A model generated the notes under the pieces. That model saw nothing but the letters and a program-made list of their open reading frames with translations, did no database searches and was not told where the DNA came from. A DNA stretch of 62,849 nt. Source: a virus. Lineage: Duplodnaviria; Caudoviricetes. The position numbers were made by a program, and so were the translations under genes. Of this stretch, positions 35,778 through 45,484 are shown one piece after another; within the stretch, counting starts at the first letter, position 1, and each line of letters begins with the position of its first letter. Location: IMG/VR virus record IMGVR_UViG_3300038492_000542, positions 1 through 62,849 of that record; one strand, given 5' to 3'.

Positions 35778-37433
35778 ATGGCTATTGCAGACTTCTTTAG
35801 CATTGATGCAAACAAAAATATTCGGCGAACCGGTGCGGCTCATGGTGGTGGTGCTGAATATTTCACAGTTCTTGAACTTCACCGGTGGCTTCAGGATTTG
35901 GCAGACAATGAGGGTGTTACTGGTGATGATTTGATCTCTATCATTAGTCGAGACCCATCAAACAAGCAGACTGATAACATTGTTGAGCTAAAAAATAATG
36001 CCAACCTTGATGATGATGCTGCCGAGTACATCTACAACGGTTCAATTATTCAGGCTGAAGGCGATACTATCTATGATGGTGTTGATGTAATTGGTGAGGG
36101 TCCGCACTTGATCATTCATCAAAATGGTCAAGTTCTTACCAATGATTTCTGGAATACTGGTGGTGGCCTTAATCCTGATCCATCTCGCGGAATTTCACAC
36201 CGATTCATGCTAAAAGTGAGGGAAGGTGGCGCCGATATCGACGGGCGGCGACTGCTGGGCTTGCGTCGTGAGTTCGGCAAGAGTTATGGCGAGTTTCCAA
36301 TTAACGGTACATCTCGCGGTATTAACGTGATGGCTGTTACTGAGTCAGACGACCTCAACAACCAAACCGCTGAGGGAACCGTTGCCACGTGGACAGACAT
36401 AACCAATACAGAAGGTTATTCACTTCTTGACTTGAATAATGGTAATGGTGCACAACCTTACTACTCTACTTGGAACTTTGGTGCTAGAACTGTCAATCAG
36501 TTTTATGAGCGCTTGAAGTGGCTAACCCGCCAAGGCACTGTTGAGACAATCTATGGTTTAGATGGTGAATTATTCCGTGGTATCACTCATGAGATTGATA
36601 TTGACACTAATGCAGGCACCTTTGTTGAGCCTGAGGCGGTTAGCTGGGCTACAGGTACTGGTCAGCTTCTAGCAATCGACTCTCCATCAGTCGGCACAAA
36701 AATGTGGATTCAGCTTTTAACTGGTGTCGTGCCTACTGATGGCCAAGTTATTACTGGTGGAACTTCTGGGGCAACATCTGCGGTTAATTCGACAATAACA
36801 GTCAGGCCGGTATCATCACCGTTCGTTGGTCAGTCAACAGGGACAGCAATTATTGGCTCATATGGCCTTGGTATCAATCCTGCTGCGTTGACAGTAAACG
36901 ATAAGCTAACCGATTTAACAGACACCTTGCAAACTCCACCAAACCAACAAAGTTTCACTGTTGCTGGTATTGTTGCTAGTGAGGATCGTGTTTTAGTGGG
37001 GCCAATCAATGGTACTAGTGATAATGTAGAATTAAATCAGCTAACAGCAAACGGCGCGCAGGGTGCATCCTCAACAACATTCACGGTCAATGAGGCTATA
37101 CCAGCAGACACGCCGGCAAGTGGTACAATACGCGTATTTAATGGTGTTGATCATATGCGTGTCGAGTATGACAGTTATTCTGGCTCTGTTTTCACGCTTA
37201 CCTCTACACTAGGTGCGGCGGTTTCTGATGGTGCTGGTGCATTTATTTCGTATATTGATAAGTTGGCACAAAGCACCGCTGAGTCGTACACCTACATCTA
37301 CAGCACTGACCGATCACTTTATGTAAAAGTTCGTGATGGTGATGAGGCTAGTCCAATTGTTCCATTTGAAACACCAGCAACCGCTGGTAGTGCTGGTGGA
37401 TCAGTAACTGCAATTAGAACGAGTGACGCCTAG
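35778..37433 (+). CDS. Virion structural (fibre-like) protein
   Basis: 551 aa, Gly/Thr-rich beta-type sequence; YFTVLELHRWLQDLAD N-terminal motif seen in siphovirus structural proteins. Confidence 0.6.
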   Translation: MAIADFFSIDANKNIRRTGAAHGGGAEYFTVLELHRWLQDLADNEGVTGDDLISIISRDPSNKQTDNIVELKNNANLDDDAAEYIYNGSIIQAEGDTIYDGVDVIGEGPHLIIHQNGQVLTNDFWNTGGGLNPDPSRGISHRFMLKVREGGADIDGRRLLGLRREFGKSYGEFPINGTSRGINVMAVTESDDLNNQTAEGTVATWTDITNTEGYSLLDLNNGNGAQPYYSTWNFGARTVNQFYERLKWLTRQGTVETIYGLDGELFRGITHEIDIDTNAGTFVEPEAVSWATGTGQLLAIDSPSVGTKMWIQLLTGVVPTDGQVITGGTSGATSAVNSTITVRPVSSPFVGQSTGTAIIGSYGLGINPAALTVNDKLTDLTDTLQTPPNQQSFTVAGIVASEDRVLVGPINGTSDNVELNQLTANGAQGASSTTFTVNEAIPADTPASGTIRVFNGVDHMRVEYDSYSGSVFTLTSTLGAAVSDGAGAFISYIDKLAQSTAESYTYIYSTDRSLYVKVRDGDEASPIVPFETPATAGSAGGSVTAIRTSDA

Positions 37434-37630
37434 TGGATAAAAAAACCCTTCAAACAATCAGTGGTAGTTTAGAGTATACAAACGGTGAGCTAGAAAAGTT
37501 GCGAAGGCTTGTTACCGCTCAAAACGAAGCGATACAAAGCCAAGGCAGAAAAATTATAGCGCTTGAGAAGCTTATCATGGGGCTAGCAACACATGGCAAC
37601 AACGATAGATTGGCCGACGAAGGTAATTAA
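37433..37630 (+). CDS. Small coiled-coil protein
   Basis: Coupled 65-aa ORF. Confidence 0.5.
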   Translation: MDKKTLQTISGSLEYTNGELEKLRRLVTAQNEAIQSQGRKIIALEKLIMGLATHGNNDRLADEGN

Positions 37631-38726
37631 TATTCCTCGTGCCGATTTACAATTGGTTCAAGAGACTCCAACGGAAATTAGGCAGCTTAGCTTAGATGTT
37701 TTCCGTTTAATCTTACGTGGCCTTGAGGCTAGTCTAGAGGGTATACCCTATCTGCAGACTCATAACCATACACCACCTGTTAGCGTGGGTAGCGTTCAGC
37801 TGGCTCGTGTTGTTGAACTAATAAATAACTACACAGTGACATTTGAGGATGGCCAATACGCCGTTAATATCATCGGTGGCAACTCTAATATTGGTGATTT
37901 TATTAATGTTAATCAGGTGTCAGTAAGAACGGCCAACTCGGCCGGATTGACATACTCAAAAGAGATTGAAGACCAAGCCTTTACCGACGCAAGAATATAC
38001 ATTGATTCTGAAAAGGGATTGCCTGGGACTATTTACCCACAAGGTGTGCCAGGGCGACCAGTTGCTACGCTGCAAGATGCTCAAACTATCATCGAAACAA
38101 GAAATCTACCAAAGCGAATTTCTCTAACCGGAAACATTAACCTAACTTCTGATGATGATGTGAGTGAGTATGATATCGCTGGGGCGTCGTCCAACTTGGC
38201 CTCAATAATTGCTGATACCGGAGCCAATACCATGGATATGGTAATAACTAATCTAACTCTCATTGGTGATTTGAATGGTAACATTTCCGCTAGATCTTCA
38301 TCATCTCTAGTATCGCTAAATAATTTTGATGGTGAGTTAATTGATTGCGGTATTGATGGGATTATCACCTTGGGACAAGCTGATGATACAGTTAACCATG
38401 AATTTATTGATTGCTATTCACAATCTGAAGGCGACACATACCCAATAATTGATGCACAAGGCCTAGATGGTCTATCTGTAAAATTCGTTGACTATAGTGG
38501 TGCCTTAGCTTTTCGAAATTTCAATCAACCATCTAATGTTGTTACGGTAAATCTTGGGTCAGGAGCCGTGCTTATTGATAGTTCATGCACTGCTGGAACT
38601 TTCGTTATTCGAGGTACTGGTAACTTGATTGATGAAAGTGGCGAAGGCTGCACAGTTATTACAAGCGCATTTGCTGAAGGCACTGATAAGGCCACAGAAA
38701 AGATATGGAGCTATACCCGTGCTTGA
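37593..38726 (+). CDS. Virion structural protein, probable beta-helix
   Basis: H.HT.PV.VG.V.LARVVE.IN.YTVTFEDGQYAVN..G.NSNI N-terminal domain; repetitive beta-rich C-terminus. Confidence 0.6.
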   Translation: MATTIDWPTKVINIPRADLQLVQETPTEIRQLSLDVFRLILRGLEASLEGIPYLQTHNHTPPVSVGSVQLARVVELINNYTVTFEDGQYAVNIIGGNSNIGDFINVNQVSVRTANSAGLTYSKEIEDQAFTDARIYIDSEKGLPGTIYPQGVPGRPVATLQDAQTIIETRNLPKRISLTGNINLTSDDDVSEYDIAGASSNLASIIADTGANTMDMVITNLTLIGDLNGNISARSSSSLVSLNNFDGELIDCGIDGIITLGQADDTVNHEFIDCYSQSEGDTYPIIDAQGLDGLSVKFVDYSGALAFRNFNQPSNVVTVNLGSGAVLIDSSCTAGTFVIRGTGNLIDESGEGCTVITSAFAEGTDKATEKIWSYTRA

Positions 38727-39009
38727 TGCATGGCAAATTCTTGTTGGCAACAGCACGGCGCCAGCCGGAAGTGACGCATGGACACATCTCAATAATCAAC
38801 AAGGTGGTGGCGTTGTTGAGGGTGATATTATAGTATCAGAGCTTATATCTGTTGATATACAGGATGGTGTTGAAATGACCGATTTTAATGTTGATGTCTT
38901 AACTGTCAATCTTGATCTTGAAGTAATAACACTAGACGCACCGGAAGCCATAACCACTGAAATTGATAAAGATTTGGAGATAGCTGAAGATGACGGCTGT
39001 TCATGTTAA
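38719..39009 (+). CDS. Hypothetical acidic protein
   Basis: GGAG SD and GTG 38719; internal DAW..L repeat. Confidence 0.5.
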   Translation: MLDAWQILVGNSTAPAGSDAWTHLNNQQGGGVVEGDIIVSELISVDIQDGVEMTDFNVDVLTVNLDLEVITLDAPEAITTEIDKDLEIAEDDGCSC

Positions 39010-39298
39010 AAAAGGCGATAGCTATGCCTACGGCGCCAAAATACAAGGCATAACTGATCTAACGGGTTACACCTGCCAGATGCAGGTTAGGGCCAAGGAT
39101 AATCCTGATGTTGCCTTGGTTGATAAATCCATTGATGCTGTTGGCGATAAATTTCATGTAAACCTTGCTCCGGATGAATCAAGCACCTTAGAGATCGGCA
39201 AAACCTACACAATGGCCGCCCAAATATCAAATGCATCTCTAGAGTATGCCCGCGAAGTCGAGCGAGAAATTGAGATTGTAAAAGAATACGTTTATTAA
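38990..39298 (+). CDS. BppU N-terminal-like adaptor domain protein
   Basis: KKGDSY...DLTGYT..MQVR...L.P.ES..L..G.Y pattern. Confidence 0.6.
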   Translation: MTAVHVKKGDSYAYGAKIQGITDLTGYTCQMQVRAKDNPDVALVDKSIDAVGDKFHVNLAPDESSTLEIGKTYTMAAQISNASLEYAREVEREIEIVKEYVY

Positions 39299-39320
39299 CT
39301 TAAAAAGATGAAATTGTGCC

Positions 39321-39566
39321 ATGAGTAAAAACATCAATCCTTCAGCATGCTTTACGCCCTCTAGCCTTCCGGTTGCCGCGCCCATAAAATCAATACGATC
39401 CAATAGCGCTCAATCTGTAACTATTCGATATCGGAATGGAAAGATACATGTGGCCAATTTTGCCGCCGGTGAAACTCGCCCAATTGCGTGTGCCGGCATT
39501 AATTCAGCTACTGGTGCGCCTGCAGATTTAGAGCTTTATGTATACGATGAAACTAAGTTGCCATGA
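39321..39566 (+). CDS. Small virion (spike-base-like) protein
   Basis: AGETRPI....I.SATGA motif. Confidence 0.45.
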   Translation: MSKNINPSACFTPSSLPVAAPIKSIRSNSAQSVTIRYRNGKIHVANFAAGETRPIACAGINSATGAPADLELYVYDETKLP

Positions 39567-40660
39567 ACAAAAAAGAGCTTTTAAAAAGCAGTGACTCAGC
39601 ATTTGCCTCTGCTAGGGGTAGAAAGCAGTTGCACATGATGAGGGAGGTCATTAATGGTCTCTTGTCGATAGACTACAACTATCAAAATGGTGATGAGGTA
39701 GAGCCTAACACTATAGTTAGAGTTGGCAGTTGGCTTATGGGGTCTAACAAGAAAACTAATGAGCCAGCTGAGCCAATAACAGGGATAGCTGAGTATGCGC
39801 TGCCAGATGAAATAGTCTCATTCAACTCACCATCAGCAACAGCATCAGTCTACTCTGTATTAGACATTGATATTGATGATGACAAAGATGGTGAGTTCAT
39901 GGAGGTTAGGTGCATAATACCTGATACTTCAGATGATTATGAATATCGTGTTTTATCATTTGATATTAGTGGCGATGATCCTGTTTTAATTTCTGATGAT
40001 CTACTTGATAACAGAACCCTAACAGCCAACCAGTGGAATGTTATTGCCTCTGGAAGCTCTAAGGTTGTTGGCGGCACAAAGGTTAGGCTTGTCCTTAGCT
40101 CGCTCAATACATCCGGTGATAACAACGTTTCTGGCCGCTGGTTGTGGGAAGGTAATAGCAACTCAGGACCATCGACGCAAAGTGCCAATAAGCGATCTAA
40201 TAACCGAACTCTTAGAATACACAAGGCTGATCTTGATAACCAAGATAGAACGGTTGACCTTAACTCAGTTGGTGTTAATACCGACATAAGGGTGGCTGAC
40301 GCATCAAACCCCAATTCTTACTACCTGTTTTCAGTAAATGCAGTGCCAACTGATTCGGGTGATTATGTGGAATACAGCGTTTCCATTTCCGATATTGGTG
40401 GGAGCGGCCCATCAGTTGGAGAGGTAGCGATTGATCTCGACATACCAATAGCAGCATCAACGCGATACCACGAAATAACAAACTACTGGTCTGGTGCGCA
40501 AATAGATTATGGCACCGCATCAGGCAAGCTTTATATTGATGGTATTGACCAAGGTGTTGATCCAAATAACGCCTATGGCATTGATATTAAATTTGCCCCA
40601 ATCGTGATATCAGATGATTGGGAGTTCATAACAAAAACTGAAGATATATTGGGGCTCTAA
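39563..40660 (+). CDS. Putative structural protein
   Basis: 365 aa, acidic and beta-rich. Confidence 0.5.
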   Translation: MNKKELLKSSDSAFASARGRKQLHMMREVINGLLSIDYNYQNGDEVEPNTIVRVGSWLMGSNKKTNEPAEPITGIAEYALPDEIVSFNSPSATASVYSVLDIDIDDDKDGEFMEVRCIIPDTSDDYEYRVLSFDISGDDPVLISDDLLDNRTLTANQWNVIASGSSKVVGGTKVRLVLSSLNTSGDNNVSGRWLWEGNSNSGPSTQSANKRSNNRTLRIHKADLDNQDRTVDLNSVGVNTDIRVADASNPNSYYLFSVNAVPTDSGDYVEYSVSISDIGGSGPSVGEVAIDLDIPIAASTRYHEITNYWSGAQIDYGTASGKLYIDGIDQGVDPNNAYGIDIKFAPIVISDDWEFITKTEDILGL

Positions 40661-41244
40661 TGGAACCAGTACTGCAGGACACATCCTATCTCACTCAGTT
40701 TCTATCCAAGGCATTTACCAAGGATAATATCCGCCATTACAAAGAGGCCATGCAGAAGTGTAAGCAAGTGGATATGTCCGACCGCGAGCAATTCCACTAT
40801 GCCTGTGGCGTTGCTAGCAAAACCCTAAAGATCAAAAAGGGTGAGCTTATCCTTGGCAAGTTTCACCGCGAAAGCACCATAAACATATTGCTTGAGGGAA
40901 AGATAAGGTTAGCCGGTGATGGGTTCCAAGCAGTTATCACCGCGCCCCAAATATTCGTATCGCCCGCCGGCACGCAAAAGCTAGGAGAAGCTCTAGAGGA
41001 TGTCCTCTTTGTCAATATTCACACCACCCAACAAGTGGACCCTGAAAGCATAGAAGAAGAGCTCATTTGCACAACCGAAGAAGAGTTATCTCTACCCAAG
41101 CCAGAGTTACCCACAACCGGCATCGCGCCTGTGGATAAAGAGACTACCAAGATACTATTAAATCATGTTATATTATCAAACGAACGTGATCCCGAAATAA
41201 TAGAACTAGCTAAGCAGGTGGTAAATGGCCGAGGTAAAACTTGA
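40660..41244 (+). CDS. Cupin-fold phage protein
   Basis: GK.H....NILLEG.I, AP..FVSPAG..K.G.A.ED..F.NIH.T. Confidence 0.65.
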   Translation: MEPVLQDTSYLTQFLSKAFTKDNIRHYKEAMQKCKQVDMSDREQFHYACGVASKTLKIKKGELILGKFHRESTINILLEGKIRLAGDGFQAVITAPQIFVSPAGTQKLGEALEDVLFVNIHTTQQVDPESIEEELICTTEEELSLPKPELPTTGIAPVDKETTKILLNHVILSNERDPEIIELAKQVVNGRGKT

Positions 41245-41674
41245 ACGATTCATGTATAGCGATATGGGCACCTTTGGTGTTCTGTCGATAAACAATACTC
41301 CTGTATGCCTCACTGTCGAGCGGCCGTGGCTGGACAATCAGCCCAACATTAGCTGTATTCCAGAGGGTTTCTATAAGCTAGGCCTTCGCGATAGCGGTAT
41401 CGTATCCAGAACAACAAAGGGCCGCCACGAAAGAGGCTATGAAGTTAGGGATGTACCAGGACGTACATACATCATGATTCACATTGCCAACTCGATGAGC
41501 GATCTTAAGGGTTGCATCGGCGTAGGCAAGCGCTTTGGATGGATGACAAACAAACTCGGAGTTACCACCAGCGCAATCACCTTTGATGAGGTTATGACCG
41601 CACTACTTCCCGAGGAAGAGCACACCATTGAAATCATCTTCAATAAACATGCACAGGCCAAGTATCACAAGTAG
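41225..41674 (+). CDS. DUF5675 family L,D-peptidase-like protein (candidate endolysin)
   Basis: GTFG.L, TVERPW..N...ISCIPEG.Y, VPGRTYIMIH.AN...L.GCI.VG. Confidence 0.8.
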   Translation: MAEVKLERFMYSDMGTFGVLSINNTPVCLTVERPWLDNQPNISCIPEGFYKLGLRDSGIVSRTTKGRHERGYEVRDVPGRTYIMIHIANSMSDLKGCIGVGKRFGWMTNKLGVTTSAITFDEVMTALLPEEEHTIEIIFNKHAQAKYHK

Positions 41675-41685
41675 GAGTATTTATT

Positions 41686-42105
41686 TTGCCAGCACCTCAC
41701 CCAGTAGGCCCAGCCGAATTAAAGTTAATAAGGGAATGTGCAAGAAGTGGTATGGGTAAATGCGAAACAATGCGGCGATTAGGATGGGGCGAAAACTCAT
41801 TCTCAACTAAGTGCGCCAGTTATCCAGAGGTAGGAAGAGCTTATTTTGAGGGTAGAGGTGAAATCCTTGGAAAAATAAGAGATGTTGGAGTTCAGGTTGC
41901 CCTAGAAGGTGACCCCGGAATGATTAAGTGGTTTATGGAACGCCTTGCTCCAGAGGACTACGGAAAGCAGACATCAATTAAGGCAGAGGTTAACTCAAAG
42001 GTAGAAGCCTCTGTCAAAGTGGAAGAGCAAGAGCTTGATATAGAAAACATGAGCGACAAGCAAAGGGAGGCCCTACGCACACTGGTAGGGCATTCAGAAG
42101 ATTAG
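41686..42105 (+). CDS. terS: Terminase small subunit (probable)
   Basis: N-terminal HTH-like region, A..GD...IKWFMER..PE.YG, C-terminal DIENMSD.Q. Confidence 0.6.
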   Translation: MPAPHPVGPAELKLIRECARSGMGKCETMRRLGWGENSFSTKCASYPEVGRAYFEGRGEILGKIRDVGVQVALEGDPGMIKWFMERLAPEDYGKQTSIKAEVNSKVEASVKVEEQELDIENMSDKQREALRTLVGHSED

Positions 42106-42539
42106 TCATCTTGGCAAAACAAAACCCTGGCATGCTCAATGGCCGCCTCTTTTGTTAGGTGGTAAATTTCAGAAGCTGCAAGGGCTTGAGATGATAAGGT
42201 AAATCCTGCCTGTGTTGTGTTGTAGCCTGGCTTCCAATATTCTTTATCTGAGCAATACTTATAGGAAGGTCTGTATACATAATCCGCACTTTCTATTTCC
42301 TTAGGATCGGTACAAGGCGCAGGATACTCACCGCCATTGTGCATCCATGTTTTGGGCTTGATTCTGTATTCTACGTGATCATGCCATGATGGGGGTTCAT
42401 TAAGCTCAGAAAGTCCGGTCCAATACTCACCGTTATCTGAAATCTGAAGAAGGCTTCTAGCCTCTTTATGGCTCATACCCTCAGCTATCTTTGAGTAGTA
42501 AAAGGCCTGAACCTTAGCTTTTTCTTGTTGTGGTTGCAT
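42102..42539 (-). CDS. Hypothetical protein
   Basis: P.W....EYRIKP motif common in phage accessory proteins. Confidence 0.55.
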   Translation of the reverse strand: MQPQQEKAKVQAFYYSKIAEGMSHKEARSLLQISDNGEYWTGLSELNEPPSWHDHVEYRIKPKTWMHNGGEYPAPCTDPKEIESADYVYRPSYKYCSDKEYWKPGYNTTQAGFTLSSQALAASEIYHLTKEAAIEHARVLFCQDD

Positions 42540-42600
42540 TTTATTGATCCTGTTGGTTGGTTTTAATGGTTGTGCCTTTTGTCGGCCAAACCATATTATT

Positions 42601-42864
42601 TTAGGGTAATGTCTTATCATTGATTCTGTCATCTTGTTGTTTTGGCGTTTCAAGCTCTTTCAATAGCATATCAGCAATAGAAACTGAATGATTTACAAGC
42701 TCTTCATCTGTTTCAAACCTCCACCCATTTCCGTGACCCCTTATGAAGGCCTTCATTACCTCAACCGTAAAATACTCGCGCTTGGTTAGCCCTCCGTCTT
42801 TAAATTCGATTTCTCCTGTTTTTTTAAATTGGCCAAATGCCGATAGGTTGCCGTTGTCACTCAT
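42601..42864 (-). CDS. Conserved phage hypothetical protein
   Basis: GLTKREYF...M...ADMLL motif. Confidence 0.6.
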   Translation of the reverse strand: MSDNGNLSAFGQFKKTGEIEFKDGGLTKREYFTVEVMKAFIRGHGNGWRFETDEELVNHSVSIADMLLKELETPKQQDDRINDKTLP

Positions 42865-42878
42865 ATTTAATATCTCAG

Positions 42879-43457
42879 TTATTTTGTTAGTCCAATAATC
42901 CAGTTGCGCAGCTCAATCATTTGTGGGCAGTAGATCATGCTTTCAACATAGGTGTATAGTGGTGGATAGTCGTGCTGTTTTCTCTGTATAAACCAGTCGG
43001 CATCGGCTTTTGTTAGACAGGTTTTTATAACTTCTTCGGTTTCCTGCATGTGAATAACTCTAATATTTGTTGGCCAATCATGATCAGTCTCAAAGTAAAA
43101 ATTTTCCTCAAAAAGCTTTAAGGTGTGACCGTCCGGATATACATCACTTGGCTGCACATCGTCATCCAGTTCTATCAAGCCCATAGACAAAAGCCATTCT
43201 TCGCACCATTCATCATTGGCCTCAAAAAGCTCTCTTGCTGATTCTGAAGAGTCAAACCCATCCTTGCTTGAGTATATAGGTATGCCTTCAGAATCATCAC
43301 TGTGAAGCTCCCAGTGGCTTTCATCATATCCCTCTTCAGTAACTAAATATCTCTTGCACCTAACTTGGTAAATTGGCTCGGCGGTGCAATTGTTGTCTTG
43401 CTTGTTAATCTGCTTTGACATCTCAATTAAGAAATCAGGAATTTCAAAATTCATCAT
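42879..43457 (-). CDS. Conserved phage hypothetical protein (Ead/Ea22-like)
   Basis: QDN.CTAEPI.QVR and FI.RK.HDY..L..YVES. Confidence 0.6.
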   Translation of the reverse strand: MMNFEIPDFLIEMSKQINKQDNNCTAEPIYQVRCKRYLVTEEGYDESHWELHSDDSEGIPIYSSKDGFDSSESARELFEANDEWCEEWLLSMGLIELDDDVQPSDVYPDGHTLKLFEENFYFETDHDWPTNIRVIHMQETEEVIKTCLTKADADWFIQRKQHDYPPLYTYVESMIYCPQMIELRNWIIGLTK

Positions 43458-43905
43458 CGATCTCCAAAAGCTCAGGGTTTTGATGTATGTTGCCTATGAC
43501 TTCAACATCTGAAAAATCTTCAAATGCTTTATCTTCGGTTGAGTAAATGCAATCCCATTCAGGTGTATCATCATGATGTAGTGATGGTATTAAAGGAGAG
43601 TACCCAGAGCATCCATTTTTTATTTCAATAATAAATGCCCATCTCATGGGGTGCATGCCATAATCTCGAATATATTCATTAGTTGATGAGCTAACAAATC
43701 TAACAACATCGCCCTCATAGATGTTGTTGCCTACCTTGTCCTTAATGCCGATATACTGGCCCACTGTTTCAGGTTTGACTAATGTTACTCTATGGCCATC
43801 TTCACAGCTTTCTATTGCTGGTATTTTTCCTCTGTTAAAGGTAAGATTTCCATAAACAAAGCGACCATCAACAACAGATATTCCTCTAAATTTTATTTCT
43901 CGCAT
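43444..43905 (-). CDS. YopX family protein
   Basis: MREIKFRG, PETVGQY.G.KD..G..IYEGD, EVIGNIH.NPELL. Confidence 0.9.
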   Translation of the reverse strand: MREIKFRGISVVDGRFVYGNLTFNRGKIPAIESCEDGHRVTLVKPETVGQYIGIKDKVGNNIYEGDVVRFVSSSTNEYIRDYGMHPMRWAFIIEIKNGCSGYSPLIPSLHHDDTPEWDCIYSTEDKAFEDFSDVEVIGNIHQNPELLEIDDEF

Positions 43906-44393
43906 TTTTTATTGGCCTCTAAAAGATTTTTGTTTTCGTGAATGTTTCCGATAACTTCGGCGCAATCACTCCAGCGCATTGGATTTCCATTATATTTTTT
44001 AACTGACTCTTCACCTTCAGCCTCTGATGTGAAATATCGGTGTCCGTTTAGTGTAACCCCGCAACTTGGAGTTATTGTTACGTGACCGATGGTCTTGTAA
44101 AACCCGTCAGAATCGTTAGGATCACCAGTGCGATAGCAGATTGGAAAGGTTGCATGAAATTCATGGCAAACAATGTCTCCTTCATAAATTGGAGCTCCGT
44201 TCATGTCCTTCAGGCCTGTAAACTGCTCCAAAACAAATCTATTGTTGTCGGCCTTAAAATTGAGGGTATCTAAAAATAATTCACCATTATATTTTGGTGT
44301 TCGTCTTGGGTTGACTGGTATAAAAATATTTCCAGCACTTAAATACTCTTTTCTTTCCTTATCCCAAGCCCTAAACTTAATCTCTCTTGTCAT
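43893..44393 (-). CDS. YopX family protein
   Basis: REIKFRAWD, QFTGLKD.NG..IYEGD, EVIGNIHEN. Confidence 0.9.
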   Translation of the reverse strand: MTREIKFRAWDKERKEYLSAGNIFIPVNPRRTPKYNGELFLDTLNFKADNNRFVLEQFTGLKDMNGAPIYEGDIVCHEFHATFPICYRTGDPNDSDGFYKTIGHVTITPSCGVTLNGHRYFTSEAEGEESVKKYNGNPMRWSDCAEVIGNIHENKNLLEANKKCEK

Positions 44394-44401
44394 AACTCTA
44401 C

Positions 44402-44710
44402 CTATTCAGAATTTAATTTCTTTTTTAGTTGATTTATTAGACTTTTATCAGGGTGTCTATAGTTCAAAATCCAATATGGCCAGCGCGTAAACCTTCCGTT
44501 TTTTCTGGCGTTAACGATTGGTGATGGCATTTCAGAAGAATCAAAAGTATCATCAAATTCATCTAATAAATCAGCCATTTTGCTTTGCCATTCATCTGGC
44601 ATCTGATGCATTAGAGATCTTGGAAGTGTTAGCCATGATGCTCTGGACAGTCCAAACCAAAGCCAAAGTTTGTTATAACCTTTCATAATCTCTCTCCAGT
44701 TATCCGCCAA
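44402..44710 (-). CDS. Conserved phage hypothetical protein
   Basis: LW.WFGLS.AS.LTLPR.LM..MP.EWQ. Confidence 0.6.
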   Translation of the reverse strand: MADNWREIMKGYNKLWLWFGLSRASWLTLPRSLMHQMPDEWQSKMADLLDEFDDTFDSSEMPSPIVNARKNGRFTRWPYWILNYRHPDKSLINQLKKKLNSE

Positions 44711-44904
44711 TACTCATCAATGCACCGCGGGCCTGTTATTATTATGTTGGGGCTTAATGTGGCTTTTAAATCGGCTATTTCTTTTCGAATATCTTTGAGC
44801 TCTTTGACGATATCCGAATCGTGGCTAACGCTTTTGCCTGATTCTGGCAAGAAGTTGTTAAAGTCTTTAACAAATGTTGGGCAATAATCCATTCCTGATG
44901 GCAT
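44683..44904 (-). CDS. Hypothetical protein
   Basis: Coupled ORF in minus-strand block. Confidence 0.45.
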   Translation of the reverse strand: MPSGMDYCPTFVKDFNNFLPESGKSVSHDSDIVKELKDIRKEIADLKATLSPNIIITGPRCIDEYWRITGERL

Positions 44905-44907
44905 TGG

Positions 44908-45261
44908 TCAATCCTCAATCTCAACCTGATTAGAAACTGGTGCCCAATATCCTCCAATATTCAAAAGCTCACCTATTTCATTTCCGTTATGGAAAACAAA
45001 GCCGCCCTCTATATCAACTATCTTAAAATCATGAACGAAATCATGCTTTGTTCCATGAAGGCACCAAAAATAATGACCTTCATCAGTTGGCAATTCCTTA
45101 CTCATCTTTATAACCGGCAAAGGCTTAACCGAAGGCGACTCAAAAGCCGTCTTAGAAAGGCGTAGGAGATCCGTTGAGAGCTCAACCGGCGTGTATTGGT
45201 CTAGATCCCTAAGGATCAGCTCAAGCTTTTTCTTGAAGTAGTTCTTGTCGAGTTTATCCAT
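44908..45261 (-). CDS. Hypothetical protein (C-terminus paralogous to 28348-28557)
   Basis: LP..EGHYFW...GGYWAPV. Confidence 0.55.
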   Translation of the reverse strand: MDKLDKNYFKKKLELILRDLDQYTPVELSTDLLRLSKTAFESPSVKPLPVIKMSKELPTDEGHYFWCLHGTKHDFVHDFKIVDIEGGFVFHNGNEIGELLNIGGYWAPVSNQVEIED

Positions 45262-45484
45262 TGCTTTTCTCTTGAATTTTTCGAAGGTCTCTAAGTTCGA
45301 TATTGCTATCTTTTGCCAGTCGCTCAGCAAGCCTGTAATCCCTATCGCTTGTTAAGTCCTTGTAAAACCACATTCCGCCAATGAATATGCCTATCTGAGT
45401 TACTGTATAGTGAGCGCCATCATTTTGTCGATATTCATTGTGGCGGATTTCTATGATTTGAGGCAGTGCTTTTGAGGTGGCCAC
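45254..45484 (-). CDS. Hypothetical protein
   Basis: 76-aa coupled ORF. Confidence 0.45.
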   Translation of the reverse strand: MATSKALPQIIEIRHNEYRQNDGAHYTVTQIGIFIGGMWFYKDLTSDRDYRLAERLAKDSNIELRDLRKIQEKSNG

